Shown in pieces: positions 37,967-52,900 of a stretch of DNA of 64,000 nt. Under the pieces are notes generated by a model. The model was not told where the DNA came from. It did not search any database and saw nothing but the letters and a program-made list of their open reading frames with translations. The position numbers and the translations under genes were made by a program. The stretch is from Lingula anatina (Eukaryota > Animalia > Brachiopoda): NCBI GenBank assembly GCA_051362555.1, contig CM120647.1, forward strand, positions 18,080,651 through 18,144,650, in the 5' to 3' direction. Positions within the stretch are counted from its first letter, which is position 1, and each line of letters opens with the position of its first letter.

Positions 37967-40900
37967 CTGTGTAACTGATATATAATTCCATTAAACATAA
38001 AAAACACATCGCCAGTTGGACTAATGCAATGTTATCTAAAAAATTGAGAATCTATGATTATTATACCAAATAAGCCCAACTTTACTATCATTAATACATC
38101 TTTCTTTACACTGAACAGAACATATCCTGCCATTTTCCAATTAAAAATTAAACATTCATGATTTGGGGTACAGAATGTACGAATAACTTACCAGTGTTCC
38201 ATTTATTTGCACGTCAGCCAGTGCTTCAACGATAATTGCTCTGCCATCATCGCCACAACTTAAGTTCGCAGCATGAATTAATGAAATTGTGATCCCACTT
38301 AAGTGTTCCGTAGTGCAGTTACTAGCCGTGGTTGTATTGAATGTGTATAAATGCTTAAAAACATAATCTGAAAAATGAAGTAATTTTTTTAAAAATAATA
38401 TATATATATTAATATAATTTTTGTGGTGGTGTCTACAGTTCTTCCTTGTCTACTAGCTACACACACACACACACATTAGATACACAAACAAACACACCCA
38501 TGCATGCACAGATCGACACACAAGCATCCATATGCCCATTTTCACGATATTTGTCTGTCTACTGGTTTATCTGTATTCGTAATTGATTGTAGCCCAACAT
38601 GATCTTTAATTTTTTTAATTTTAATTAATATTAGTTAAAACTTACATGGGATATAAGAGTTAGCAAGGGACCCAACTGAAATGTGAAATTCAATTGAATT
38701 ATTGAAAAAGTTCAATTTATAATGACATACATGTATGTCTAGTAATTGCAGTCAAGAAAAATGTGTTTAAAATATAAGAATATAAAATGTACGTAATTAT
38801 CTTACAAAACTTATTTCCAGGATGGGCTCTGGATTAATCTATGTAAATAAGGCATCAAAACATGCAGTTTCTGCAATAAAATATTTGAAATGACCCAAAC
38901 AGTTTTAATAAAGCCCAAGTTATATTTCCTTCATCCCGAGCAACTTGTGTACTTATAAACAATAAACTGCATTTATAAACAATGAACAGTTTGCTTTTTA
39001 AAATGATGTATATGTCTTATATGCTGAAACTTATTTGTACCTGTATCTTCTTTACAATTGTCTTCATCTTTGGAGTAAACAGATTTTGCATCAAAGCAGG
39101 TTTTTTCATTGGTGTCCAAGATCTGCGGCTCAGAAGAAATGTTAAAAGTACAGTATTCGCTGTTGTGCATACCTAAATATAGAGAAAAAACTATTATTTG
39201 AGCTACTGTGTTAAGTGAGCTGCTACATTGTGTTCTAGATAAGCTGGTACACTGTGTTAGATGAAATGGAACAATGTGGTATGTGGTATCGTTTTAGGTG
39301 TGCTAGTATTTTGTGCTGTGACATTGGTGAATTGCATTAGGTAAACTGGTACAGATTAGTATTGGCTGGCATATTGTGCTTAGTGAACTAGTTACTGTTT
39401 GAAAGCATGTTTCAACTGAAGTTACAAGTAGATAATGTAATTAAGTGTCTGAAACCTTTATTGCCCCTCCTGAATACCAACGGGGAAGAAATAAAATCCG
39501 TCATCATAACTCACCTGTCATGATCAAGCAATAAACCCCATATTAAAGTCTAGACTAATAAGCACTGGGCTTCAGACCCAGGAAGTTTAAAGTCACACAT
39601 TTAAATTGCCAAAAATACTCTGTATATGTATGACTACGGAGCTTTGTTAGTATCATATTAATAACATTTCTTATTTTCATTTAAGTTTTATTATACGGAA
39701 TTTTCACCGCGGTGAAAATTAATTCCCACCGCGGTGGAAAATAATTTTCACCGCGGTGGTAATTCCTGGCCATCCCGGCCCGGGTGATGCATACATGTAG
39801 GTTATATGAATCTTTAAATTACCAGATGTCTGGGAAGGAAGTTGATAAAGACACTCACATGCACATGCACGCGGTTTAACCGGTCTATGTGCCAATCATC
39901 CCAGGAATGTGGAGGAAGCAGGCAGTATTCGCATAGATTAAAAATCACCGAAATGCTACAATGTTGTACGTCGCTTTTCCCTTTCTAATAACGCGTATTA
40001 TTGGGAATATTGGTAGAAAGAAACCTCTCCGAGGAAACCGAGATTACATCTATTAAGATAAGATGTATGGGCAAACACATCACACAAATATTTAAAAATA
40101 CATTGTCCAAAATAAACGTTAAGTATTTAGTAATAACAATGGGATTCTCTTTGCATAAAACTGCAAGCGGGACTTTAATTATATAGGTGGTAAATATAGA
40201 TGGGAAACCTAAGTTAACGGCAGTGACCCCACGAACAGATCCAACAGCCTTGTGTATGTACAATAGTATGCACCGTGATGGCATCTGGCAAATGTAAGGT
40301 TCTCATTACCTATTCATTACCCGGGCCGAGATGGGCAGGAATTACCAATTTTAAATTATTTTCCACTGCAGTGTAAATTATTTTCACCGCGGTGACAATT
40401 ATTTTCACCGCGGTGAAAATTCCATAAAATAAAACTTAAATGAAAATAGAAAAAAGTTAATATGATACTAACAAAGCTCCGTATATGACAACAGGAGAAC
40501 TTAAGAAAGATTGGTGTAATAAAGCCTATATTTCAACTTGGAGTGTGTTACTTTGGCTGCATTTAGATCAGGGGACTAACCACCCTGAGCTTCAGAGCTA
40601 ACTTGACACTAACCTTTTCACTGTAGCCTATCTCCATCGTGTCAAGTAACCTCTGACCAGATTCGAGTGCCCCCGCCGCCCGCCAATCAAATTTAAAGCC
40701 CACACTCAATGACTCATTGAACGATCTAGCCAATGAACGCGAATGAGTCAAAGCGCGCTTTGTTCAAATCTGGACCAATCAAAGATAAGGCTGAATATCA
40801 GGGACTTGCCGTAACCTGTGGGCAGCACGCAAAATACATCATCCCTCAGTAGATAATGATGCAGGGCATCATACTGTTCTGGTTTCAATTCCGATATACT

Positions 40901-43900
40901 CCATGCTTTCTTTGTGTACGGTTATGCACTTGGAACCACTCGGAACTACTCGGATGTCTCCGCACTCAACAATAACTATGTTGTTAGTATGGAGCTTGCG
41001 GAATCAGCCGAGGATTGCTGATTGACGATCAACCAATCAGCGTTTTCACCAAACTTTGGTGAAAAATTTTGAAACATGGATTCGATTGGCTTATATAAAA
41101 TAGGTCAAACTATTTTCGTCAGAGGTTACTTGACACGATGGAGATAGGCTACAGTGAAAAGGTTAGTGTCAAGTTAGCTCTGTAGCTCAGGGTGGGGAGT
41201 AACTAGTCCAAGGGTCAAAAAGGACTGGCCCACTTGAATACTTCTCCACAGGGAATCTTTTTAAATGTCTATTAGTGGATAAGACGGCAAGCTTTTTATT
41301 GAAAAATGCAAGTTTAATTACTTTTAAAATAATGTGGATTCAAAAAGTCAATCTTGCCTCAATATTGAATAACTATTGACATGCCAACATTGAACTGTGG
41401 TCGTTGAATCAAAGTTGACTCAATGTTTTAATCAACATCTAAACGTAACTTTCACAAAGTTTCAACATTGACTCAACATTTGTGCCTGTTGAGACAGTAA
41501 TTTACCATTGGTAACAAGCAAATTTTGCTGTATTGCCAGAGAAAAGTTGTGTGCACACTCCATGTACTTTGCGCTGGTAATATCCTTATGCTGGACAAGT
41601 GCACCTCTGACTTGACAGTGTCCCTGAAATAAAGTAAAATTTATTTTGGTTTTTACAGTTTACATTGTACTATTGAAGGGTGTGTGAAGATGCAGGTTAG
41701 AGAGAAAACGAGCATATCCAAACATGCCTGTAGAAAAGGGTCCCATTGCAAAAGGGGGGAGGGTAGTGATCACAGTTCATGGAAAATAAAATCATCAACT
41801 TACAAATCAGAGTCAAGATAACTCTATTCATACCTCATTCAAAATGCAGAAAGAAGAGTTGAAAGTCAAGATTCACAGAGTATATTATAATGGCATCATT
41901 TATCAAATGATGAAAAATAAAAAAAAAACTCATTCGCAAGCCAAGGAGTCACACTTAATAATGAATGCTTCACGCATCTTTAAGAAGTGGATTTCAAGGT
42001 AGAAAGTATATTATGCTTTAAAAACTGCATGTTTGTATTTAAAACTGTGATTATCAATTTTGATTTGACTCGATCAATTCGAAGCTGACTTTCAAAAACG
42101 TATTATACTCACCACATTTGGGGTACCAGGCCAAGGCTGACAGGTCATAAGTTGCCGAGAATTCCAAAGTCCAAATATTGAGTACTCAACTGAGCTGCAA
42201 GTCTGGTGCAGCTTATCAGTAATATCCCGGTTGTTGCTTTGACTGAGAATTCCACCACGATAATGTTGCAAACACTGGACATGCTCTGGGGTGATACTAG
42301 TACCAGTAGCTGTCACATTAAATTGGAGTTTTAACACTTTGGATGTAACTGAAAATATACAAATAAAGAAAGAAATCTTCTTAACAATTAATGCAATCTG
42401 TAACTGCACACGTGCAGTTGTTTCAATTAACTTAGATTAGATCAGAGTATTGTAGTGAGATGTGTTCATGTGTCACATGACACAGTTATTAAGTTGAACT
42501 CAAATCACTTAACACAATCAGGCCCGTAGCTAGGGGGGTTCGGGCGGTTCGAAAGAAATACCCCTTTTTGCTGGGAAAAGGTCCCCTCTGGGTAAAATTT
42601 GATCTAGGTACATGAAGTTTTTATGGGGAAAGGTCCACTTTTCCAAAAAAAGAACCCCCTTTTGAAATTGCTGGCTACGGGCCTGACAATGTACCTATAT
42701 ACATGTAATATGAAAAAAGTGATTTACCAGGTACACATGTCCCATTGTCTTCATTCCCTCTCAACACTCGTCCCATGCTACACACTAGAGATCCATTGAA
42801 GCTGACATTTGCTGAGGTGAAAGCAGGGCAGTTGTACATTGTGATATTCTGAAGTGCAGATTTTGGCCCTACACCAAAATTTGCTCTAAAGAATGCAAGC
42901 AAATTCCGTCCACATTCACGGACCTCTTTTGATGTCAGTGTTTCATTGACAAGAAATTGGTAACTGTGACTAACTTGGATGAGCATCTGAAATGTAAGAT
43001 TACCTTTTTTCCAAAAAATCCTGAAAGGTAGCAATTCAAAATATGACCTCTGAAGAAAAAAGCAGAAAAGGTAAGGTGCGAAAAGTTAATTTTGACTGAG
43101 TGGAGTCAAACAAATCAAATAACTGTAAGAATTCAACTAGAGGATCAGAGAGGCGATACCGCCTCTGGATATTGTACCACCAGCTGGAGTAAGCGCATTC
43201 TCATGGAAACCCCACCCCCAAAAAATGAACACCACCACCAGTCTTGTGCTTGACAAGCTCTATAAAATGCAATAAACAAGTGTTATCAAAATATGCACAA
43301 AAAAATAAATAAATAAATAAATAAATAAAAAATATTGAACAAACATAACTGTTCAAATCAAGCAGATGTTCAAATTGAGCTGTATTTTCCTAACACTGAT
43401 CACTCCTGTGATTTTCTAGACAATAGGCTTATTGGTTTTCCTTGAAATGCGTTATCAGTATTGCATATTTGCTGACAAAAGAGAAAACCTAGGGACAACA
43501 GTGGACAGATCTCTGCTAGTTTTGAAGATATGAGGGGCAAGAAAATATGCAGAGTTCAGTTTGTGGTGAAAAAGTAGGTCAAAGGTCAATTTCAAGGTCA
43601 CAGTATATGACTTCCTATAGAAGTTCAATAGAAGCTATGGGCATTTTTTGCCAATTTTGGAGATATGAAGGCCAGGAAACATGCAAAGTGCAGTTCATCA
43701 TAAATAGTAGGTCAAAGGTCAATTTCAAGGTCACAGTAAGATTGCCAGTATATGACTTCCTATTCAAGTTAAATAGTAACTTTGGACTTATCTCTGCCAG
43801 TTTCCGAGATATAAGGGATAAAAAATTTGCAAAGTTCAGTTCATGGTGAAAAGTAGGTCAAAGGTCAATTACAAGGTCACAATAAGACTGCCAGTATATG

Positions 43901-46900
43901 ACTTCACTATTAAAGTTCAACAGTAACTATATGGGTGTATCTCTGCTAGTTTTGGAGATATAAGGGTTGAAAATTTTGCAAAGATCAGTTCATGGTGAAA
44001 AGTAGGTCAAAGGTCAATTTCAGGTTCATTATTAGATTGCCAGTATATGAATACCTATTCAAGTTCAATAGTAACTATGGGTGTATCTTTGCCAGTTTTG
44101 GAGATATAAAGATCAGAAAACTTGGGTGCAGTTCATCATGAAAAGTAGGTCAAAGGTCAATTTCAAGGTCACAGTTAGATTACCAGTGTATGACTTCCTA
44201 TTCCAGTTCAATAGTAACTATGGGCTTATCTCTGCTAATTTTGGAGTATTTCACATTTTCCCCACTGAATATTGCGATGTTGTAATATTTGATATAGGGC
44301 AACGCCTAAACCATATTAAAAACAAAAAATGGACACCACCCCCAGTATTGCACTTGACAAGGTCTACAAAATGCAATAAAAAAGAGGTCTCTGGCATTTA
44401 CCGTTCCAGATTTAGAGCGAGTTTTCAGTTTCGGTATCTAATGGCTGCTTCTCCAGTGAAAATGCACCGATTGACCCCAAACTCTCAAAGATAAAAGGAG
44501 TCCCCAATGGTAACCCCTCACTATAACAGGAGAGCTTAGGGCTGTGTAGTTTCCAAAAATTAGCACAAACAAATATTTTTTTACAGAAAATTCCCATTTT
44601 TAGAAAATTTTGGCTTGTTTGACCTTGAAAAAAAGGTCAAAAGTCAAATCCAAGGGCATATTTGGAAACTCCACATATGACTTTCGGTCAGACTTCTGTA
44701 GTAATTTTTCCCATAAATCCTTTGGTTTGGGAGATATTTAGCATTGAATTTTCAAAAATTTTGACAAGGGTGCATTTCAACAAGTGTCACGCCCAGGCCA
44801 GTGTACCGACAGAGACAAAAAAACCAGGGTGTTCAAGTTGAGATTATATGTGACCTAAATCCAAGAGATGGGGACACAGGTCCTTGCGGTCTAGGAGGAG
44901 AAGCGGTAACAGTGACTTGTTTCCGGCGCCCGACTGTGGAGCCGGCGGAGCCGGCGGAGCTGTACGAGACGGGTCGGGACTAAAACCATGAGTACCGCCA
45001 GCGTACACGCTGGTGGTACTAATAACCAAAAACAACTTAAAAAATGAACTGAAATGACTTTTTCGACATTGAAAAAACTTTTTCAGGTTCACTGTACATT
45101 ATATGACTAAATGACAATAATTAAGGCATCCTATTTGACAATAAAGAACTACATTGTGTTAGCATTAAGCGATTTATCACCTTCCTGTCACTCATGACTG
45201 TCTTTCCTCTCAGAAATTCAATTTTTGCGATGTTCAGCCTGCAGATACGAAGACCATATTCAGGAACGTTGACTACAAGCCCTGAATGCCAGTGAACATA
45301 GGGACTGCGCTGGTAGGATTCATCAAGTGAAGTTTGAAACTGATACAAGCAGCCTTCAGAGAAGTTTACGGTGTTTGGAAAAGTAAAAATGGCTGTGATC
45401 TGGAAACCTAAGAATAATTCATGTGTATATGTATATCCTTGGTTTTGTATTAGGCCAGGCTGCCTCCAGGGCCATTGGTTTTATAATAACAATTATATAA
45501 CATTTATACAGTAGTATAGAATTTCCCAGACCATCAGTGTTAGGAATTAAAAACAACAATTGGATCATTGGAGCCAATCAATGGATCAATACATAGTTGA
45601 ACTGACAATATATTTTTACTGTTTTAAAGCTATTTTTCAATTGTTTTGGGCAGAAGAAATAGGTGTGTTTTTTGATTCAGCTGGGATCTTTGACAAGCAT
45701 ATAGACAATGTTTGTAAGTCGGCATCTTTTTCACTGTGGAGAATAGGGAAGATTCGGAATGTACTAAATATAGAAACAACTGCAAAATTAGTTCATGCTT
45801 TTATTACATCAAAACTAGATTATTGCAACAGTATTCTTTTTGGAGTGAGTGACAGCAAATTGAAAAAAATCCAATTGATTCAAAATTCAGCAGCCAGATT
45901 AGTTAAAAAGATAAGGAACCAGAGCTTGGATCATATCACTCCAGTGTTAAAGGAATTGCATTGACTGCCAATCAAACAAAGAATTTTATTCAAAGTGTTG
46001 TGCATAACTCTTTTGAAAACAATTTTATACTCAATCACTGTGAAATAGACAGAAAATGCAACAAATTCTATGGAGACCGGGCTTTTACTGTTTATGCTCC
46101 AAAATTGTGGAACAAATTGCCTTTTAGTATCAGAGCTGAAAGTGACTATAATACTTTTAAAGCCTGTCTTAAAACTCATCTTTTTAAAGAATTTTATGGT
46201 TAGTGTTCCTTTAAACCTGTTAGTTGTTTATCATTTATTAAGAGCGAGCTTGGGTTAATTTTAGTAGTATTTTAAAGTTATATCAATAAATTTTCTCTGC
46301 TTTCTTTAATTAATTTTATCAGTAAATGTTAAAGTATTTTAGTATTGTTATTTTTAGACTTTTTTAATTATTTGTAAAGTGCATTGAAATGTAAAAAATG
46401 GAATGCGCTATATAAGAAATAAATAAATATTATTATTATTACTATTATTATTATTAAGAAACATGATGGTACAGAAAAAACTGCAGAAATTTCCAGTTCT
46501 ATGATAACAGATGTATTGTGGATATTTTTTCTTGGCAATGAAGAAGTTGTGCATATCAAAAATTATTTGTTAATTACAATAATTTTAACTTTCCAAAGGC
46601 CTACCCTGCAATGCGACTTTAAGGAAAAGTCCAACAATGTGTTTACATACCTGGTATTTCACCCACTGGTAAGTCAGTAGGAGCTGGAAAGGAAGAATGT
46701 TTATTGTATTAATTATGCGTCTTAATCCAGAATGAAGAAAAAATTATACAGTCAGTAATGGATCTCTGTGGAAGGAGGGATGGGAATAGTGAGGGCACAC
46801 ATTGGATACATCTATGATATTGCTATGTATACTGAACAAAAATATAAATGCACGAAAGAATATGTAGATTTGTTTTCATATATGGAACTAGAGTATATAG

Positions 46901-49900
46901 CCAAAAATAACAGCATATTTTTCTCGACAGATAGACATGACTTTGAGAGCATTAGGGGAAGTTCAAAAGCATATAGTCCAAGAGTTAGGGCATCAAATAC
47001 ACCATGGGGGTCAACATCCTGAGTTCACAGACACCATTAAGTTTGTGCAGAGCAGTACACCAGCGGCGCATGGACATCACTAAGTTGTCAACACAGGCCT
47101 AAGGGATATTATCCCATTCCTCCTGGAGTGCTACTCGCAGTTGGCGAACATTCTAGAGAGCTGGAACATGATGGCTGAAAACTCTGATCCAGAACATTCC
47201 ACAGGTGTTTGTTACCAGTGTCTCTGAAGCGTGTTCCCAGACGGCTGACAGTGGAATGATGCACATTCAGGCATGCTGCAACTTCTGTTACTGACAAGCC
47301 AGCATTGAGCATGCTGATGACATGCTCCCTCATGGTTCCAGACATCTGTGGCATGTTGACAAGTGGCAGAAATACACATTTTGGTGTGTCCTTTTATTGC
47401 CTAGACGGTAGAGAGTGTCTGTGTATTGGTCTTGCAGATTGACCTCTACTCCGTCATGCTCCATTAGTCTTATGGGTGTAAAAAAACTTTGAGTATACTC
47501 ACGGGGAGCAGCCAATTGAAACCAGACCACTATAATTGATCAAAACAAATCCATCAGTTCACAAATAAACCATCAACCTGGGCATATTTCATGATTATCC
47601 ATTTCAACTGACCATTTTAGTTTCGTGTGTTTATATTTTTGTTCAGTATAATAACACAGCACATGTAGATGGAACTTGGCTGACCTCACAATTCTCTTGA
47701 ATTTCATATTGTGCAGCACTACAGCAACAATTGTGACATATTGTTTCTTCTTTTTTACAATTTCAATAATATACATCATTGCTAGTATGATATTCAACAA
47801 AAATCCTCTCTGTAAGGTTTGGTGGTGTGTGTATAAAAGTAAACATGCACTAGGCAATGTTGTACATGAGGCTTCTCCCAGACAAGCCGACCCTTAACCT
47901 CTTACTCATGATACAGACTGTTCTTGCAGATTGGGACAAGGCTTTGTGTGGTTCTCTGGCACTACAACCTGCGCCCCTCTGCAAAAGAGAGCACATTCAG
48001 GGAGGCATGTACTGCTTCACCTAGTACATAGGGAAAGACCTAGATCTTAATAAAGCCCACACCTTCCTGACAAGCTAGTTGTGGCTGGCAGGCTGTCAAC
48101 CTCAACCGTAAGAAACAAGGAAAATGTCCGATTCCTGGAATGTGAGAACATTCCTGGTCAACTCTATCTCAGACTGCCCCAAGAAATGCTGAGAAATGCA
48201 CTGCACTTGTTGTGAGAGAACTTCAGTACTACAATCTAGATCTAGTGGTGCTACAAGAATCAAAATTGCCAGGCACGGGTGAACTAAAAGTTATTGGTGG
48301 TGGTAATTTATATGATGAGGTTTTGACAGTTTATTTTACAATGTGAGAGATGTATGTATGTTACGAGTGGTGCACGTGGTGCTTTTGTCCGTAAAGCAAC
48401 AAAGATAATAATATAGGAAAAAGTCAAAGGACAAAAGTCCTGATCAAATTTGAGCCATTTTTAGGAAAAATGTACCAAATGGTAATTTAATTAAGGGAAA
48501 GGACACTTAATAACATAATATTTCAAAACTCTCTATGTATTCATTTAGAACTATCCTTCAGCTGCATAATGATGCAGTTTTTTTTATTTATCTTATTAGT
48601 TTTTCATAATAAGGAGGTTTTCCTTCTCCTACTCCCATCTTTTACTGTTATACAATGGGGTGATATAAAACATCAATTTTTATAAGGAAGCTTCTGATTT
48701 AAAAGTGCTACCACATTTAATCTGACTTCTGACTAAATGGGCTTTGGCATGATATACTAATAAATCTTGGCCACCCAACTGGTACCTATGGCAAAAAAAT
48801 AGGGATCTATACTGTACCAGCCGGTGCTTCAAGAACTGTTTACATGTATATTTGATATATACGTATATATGTATATTTGATATATAGTTGGCAAACGTAT
48901 GCCACAATTTTTTTGCCAAAATTTGCAAAGTAGATAGAAATTTGATTTAGTTTGAGTAATAACTTTGTGTATGCATCATTTTTGAAAACTATTAGACCCT
49001 TGACTAACCTCAGATTAACTGTCAGTTTGTCTGTCAGAATAACACGTGTAACACACTGAGAAACATACTGATATTCTGATACTGAAACTCGCATTTTCAA
49101 AATAATTTAAAAAAAAACAGTGCAATACTAACTTGGAGTTTGACATTTCCGTCCAGTGAACTCAGGTTTACACACACAAGTGACACCATTGGGGTCTCCT
49201 GGATTTTCTATACAAGTGCCTCCATTGTAACAAGGCTCTGACCGACAGCTACGACCAGGTCCTGTGACAAAGTATACAAAACTAACTTCAACTGTTTTTA
49301 AAATGATCCAGCATTTTTCCTATATCTACGTATCTGATTGCCTAAATCACTTGAACAAGTTTTAACTTAACACAAAAAACTGATTTTAACATTATCAAGT
49401 TTCTGATAATTATCTAATGAAAGTGTTGCTGATTCATTATATACGGCAAGTTTTTTCTTCTGGTACATGTACCTGTATAAACTAGACAGATCATCATGGA
49501 CACACTGCCTGACAAAGTCACGTACATGTTTGTCATGTGTAATTAAGTCACGTGTTGGTAATGTGTTACGTAGTTATTATGCATTAATCATGTACATGTT
49601 ACTCATGTTAGTCTAGTTTACTAACCTCTGTCAGCATCACACCATCCGGTGCTCGAGTTATATACTGGGTTACTGGCTAGGCTGCAATTCATGCCAAGTG
49701 ACACATTTACTGGTCCCATGGTGATTGCAGGGCAGCCTAGATAATGGCTATAACTGTGAAGTCTGCCAAATATTTTACTGATACTTGCATTTATGGGTTG
49801 TAAAATGCTCATAACACACGATGAAAGGTTTGATTTTGAGAGACCACCCAGCGAGATGAAATTATATCTGGTCTCAAATGGGTTCTGGAAGGAAAGAATA

Positions 49901-52900
49901 AACATTTTCAATGTCACCCCAGTAACATTGTATATATACAGTTGTAAGTGCCGGTATTGAAATGATGACTGTTCAACGAAAACTAATAACAATTAATTCC
50001 TAATATTAAACAATGTTTATTTACTCATGTTTTATCACAATTTTCACTCCCAATTTTTTTATGAGGGAATAGCAATTCTGAACTTTTAGAAAAAACTACA
50101 TAGAACATAAATCAGTGTTTAAAACAGGTGAGTCATTCATACACGTATTCTTTACCTTAGATAGTACAGACTTATTGAAAAGTCCTGTACTGACTGGGTG
50201 AACATAAACATTGTCTTCACCACAGGCTTTGTCAACGAGGCCAACCATCTCTGCCCTTATATCATAAAGCTCGGTTAATGCCTTTGTTCTGTATCTGTTA
50301 AGGCAGGTGGCATTCAGACCAGTGAGGTTAAAATTTGGATGGAAGCTCAGTAGCACAGATGGAGCTGAAAAGTAAGATAAAACTTCTTGCAAATTCGCAA
50401 CAAGTTTGCACCATGTTTGTAACAAATTTGTGAGAGAGTTTGTGACAGGCCTGATATTTTGCTAAAATTTAAAGCACAATGTCTTACATGTAACACCATA
50501 AAAATCTCTCATCAGGCAATTTTCCTCATATCTAAAACAGTTATAGTCATATACGATACTACTGAGGCACATTAAACCAAAATTACTGTACCATTGACAA
50601 TAATAAAGTCTATTCAACCATTTTACATATACACAGCTATAAATAAGCAGATAAAATGGAAACTGTTTTACTATCTAGGGTTTTGAAAAAAAATGGACTG
50701 AAATAAAACCGGCACAATAAAGTATTGGTAAAACTACAAATTTTTGAATAAAAAAGATGAGGCAGCTTTTTTTAAAGCAGTTGCTTCTTTTAAAAGTAAA
50801 AAGTCTGAATTTGCTTTGGAGAAACTTCAGAGAGGTTCATTAAATTGGTGGGTAGTATATATCAATAAACACTTACTTGGTCTGCAGTAATGAGTATCTG
50901 GATCCAGAGCAAACATACTCAAGCAACTCAATCCTGCATCAGCAACCATTATTCTATGTTTTCCCAACTCCACCATTTTACGACATTCAGCTGTTGTGTT
51001 CAGAGCAGATGGATTCAAACCAGAGAATAAGTTACTGACCACAGCTTTCAGACTATCTCCACACCCTGACACCAGGCTTGGTGTGGTGGGGCCATATGTG
51101 CCAAGTACTAGCAGTTTCAGTTTGATCATAACTGATGTCTGAGGGGAAAAATTATAGCATGAAGTTAGAGAGGCATGGGCTAGCTGTCTCCTGAGATGAG
51201 TGCCACCAGCGTCATCATAAATTTCTCAAATTTGTTATTTTTTTATGTCTTCACTGTTTACAATATGTCCAAGCATTAAATAACAAAATAATGCAATGCC
51301 AGCAGAACTATATAATATCATTTGAAAAATAACAGTCACAACTGATCATGATTTACTTAAATGAGTCCAGTTTGACTTTTAGCAATATTTCATTCCTCAT
51401 GTTGAAAAATATTTTTCTGAAAATACATTTTAACAACAGAAACAAAATGTATTAATAAATATTGAGATACACAGTCTTAAATGAAATTTACCAGTGTTCC
51501 ATTAATTTTTATGAAACTCGGGGCTCTGATGATTGAAACAGAGGCACCACTACTACAGCTTAAGTTCACAGAACCAAGTAATGAAGTTATGATCCCTCCG
51601 AAGTGTTCTCTGGTGCAGTTACTAGCCATGGATGTATTGAATGTATATGAGAGATTAAAGAAATATTCTGAAATGTAATGAAGTTATTTTATGAAATTAC
51701 TAAATCTGTTTTAATAATTAAAATACTACTTACAAAGTGTTAATAATTAAAATACTTCTTACAAAGTGTTAATAGTTAAAACATACTACTTAAAAATTTA
51801 AGGTACAGACAAAGACACTTAATTACAAATGTTCATCTGTCTATATTTTTATTCAAAATTGCTTGTTACTCTATGCAATCATATATAAAATGACGTACCT
51901 GGAGCTATGGTATTAGCAACAGAGCCAACTGAAATGTGAAAATTAATGGAGTTAGTGAAAAAATTATAATCATAAGTACGTATAGTAAGTAATATTGAAA
52001 TTGTGATTCAGGAAAGACAGAAATACACTGTACCTCTGTTTGTAAAAAAAAGAATAATGTGTAAATAAAAAAATGCTGCATCTGACATTTAATTTCCAGT
52101 TTTAGTTAGGCCTACATATTTGTATTAAATTTTGTTTGATAGGGATCGTGTAGCAAAGTGAGCATCACCTACTATACAACAAAAACAAATATGTGTCAAA
52201 CAATTAAAGCAATACAGAGCTGATACACATGTAAGGGTAAACAATCATATTTGATATCAGTTAACATCATTTTTATACTGAAACTTGTATTTTTCAAAAA
52301 TAACAACAACAACAACAACAACAATAATAATTATAAGTATGATACGCAATGTAAAACCACCCACTTGAAGTCTGGCATTTCCATCCAGTGAACTCAGGTT
52401 TACACACACATGTGACGCCATTGGGGTCTCCTGGATTTTCTACGCAACTGCCTCCATTGTGACAGGGCTCTGACGGACAGTTACGACCAGGTCCTGTGAC
52501 AAAACATAAGAATTTCCATATAAGTCTCAGACTCTTTTAAAGTATGTCAAGTTATTAAAATATTTTTCAAATTTTTATTTTTACATACCACCCAAAAAGT
52601 TTGGTCGAGTCTTTTTGGTTTTGAAAAGCATGCAAGTCTAACCTTACAAAGTTATATTTTGAGAAACTGTAAAATCTGATAAATAATGAAACATTTTAAA
52701 CAGTGTTAGAAAGAAAATTTACAAAGTACCAAAATCATATTTCAGAGTTGATTTTTTATACACATTAAGCTATAGAAAGGAAAAAATGGTCAGTCACACA
52801 TGTTGTTATCACATGGATCATTATCCTAATTACATGTTAGTCATATGTCCTTCATATTTTACATGTAGTCATATGTTAGTTATGTGTTGATCACACATTC

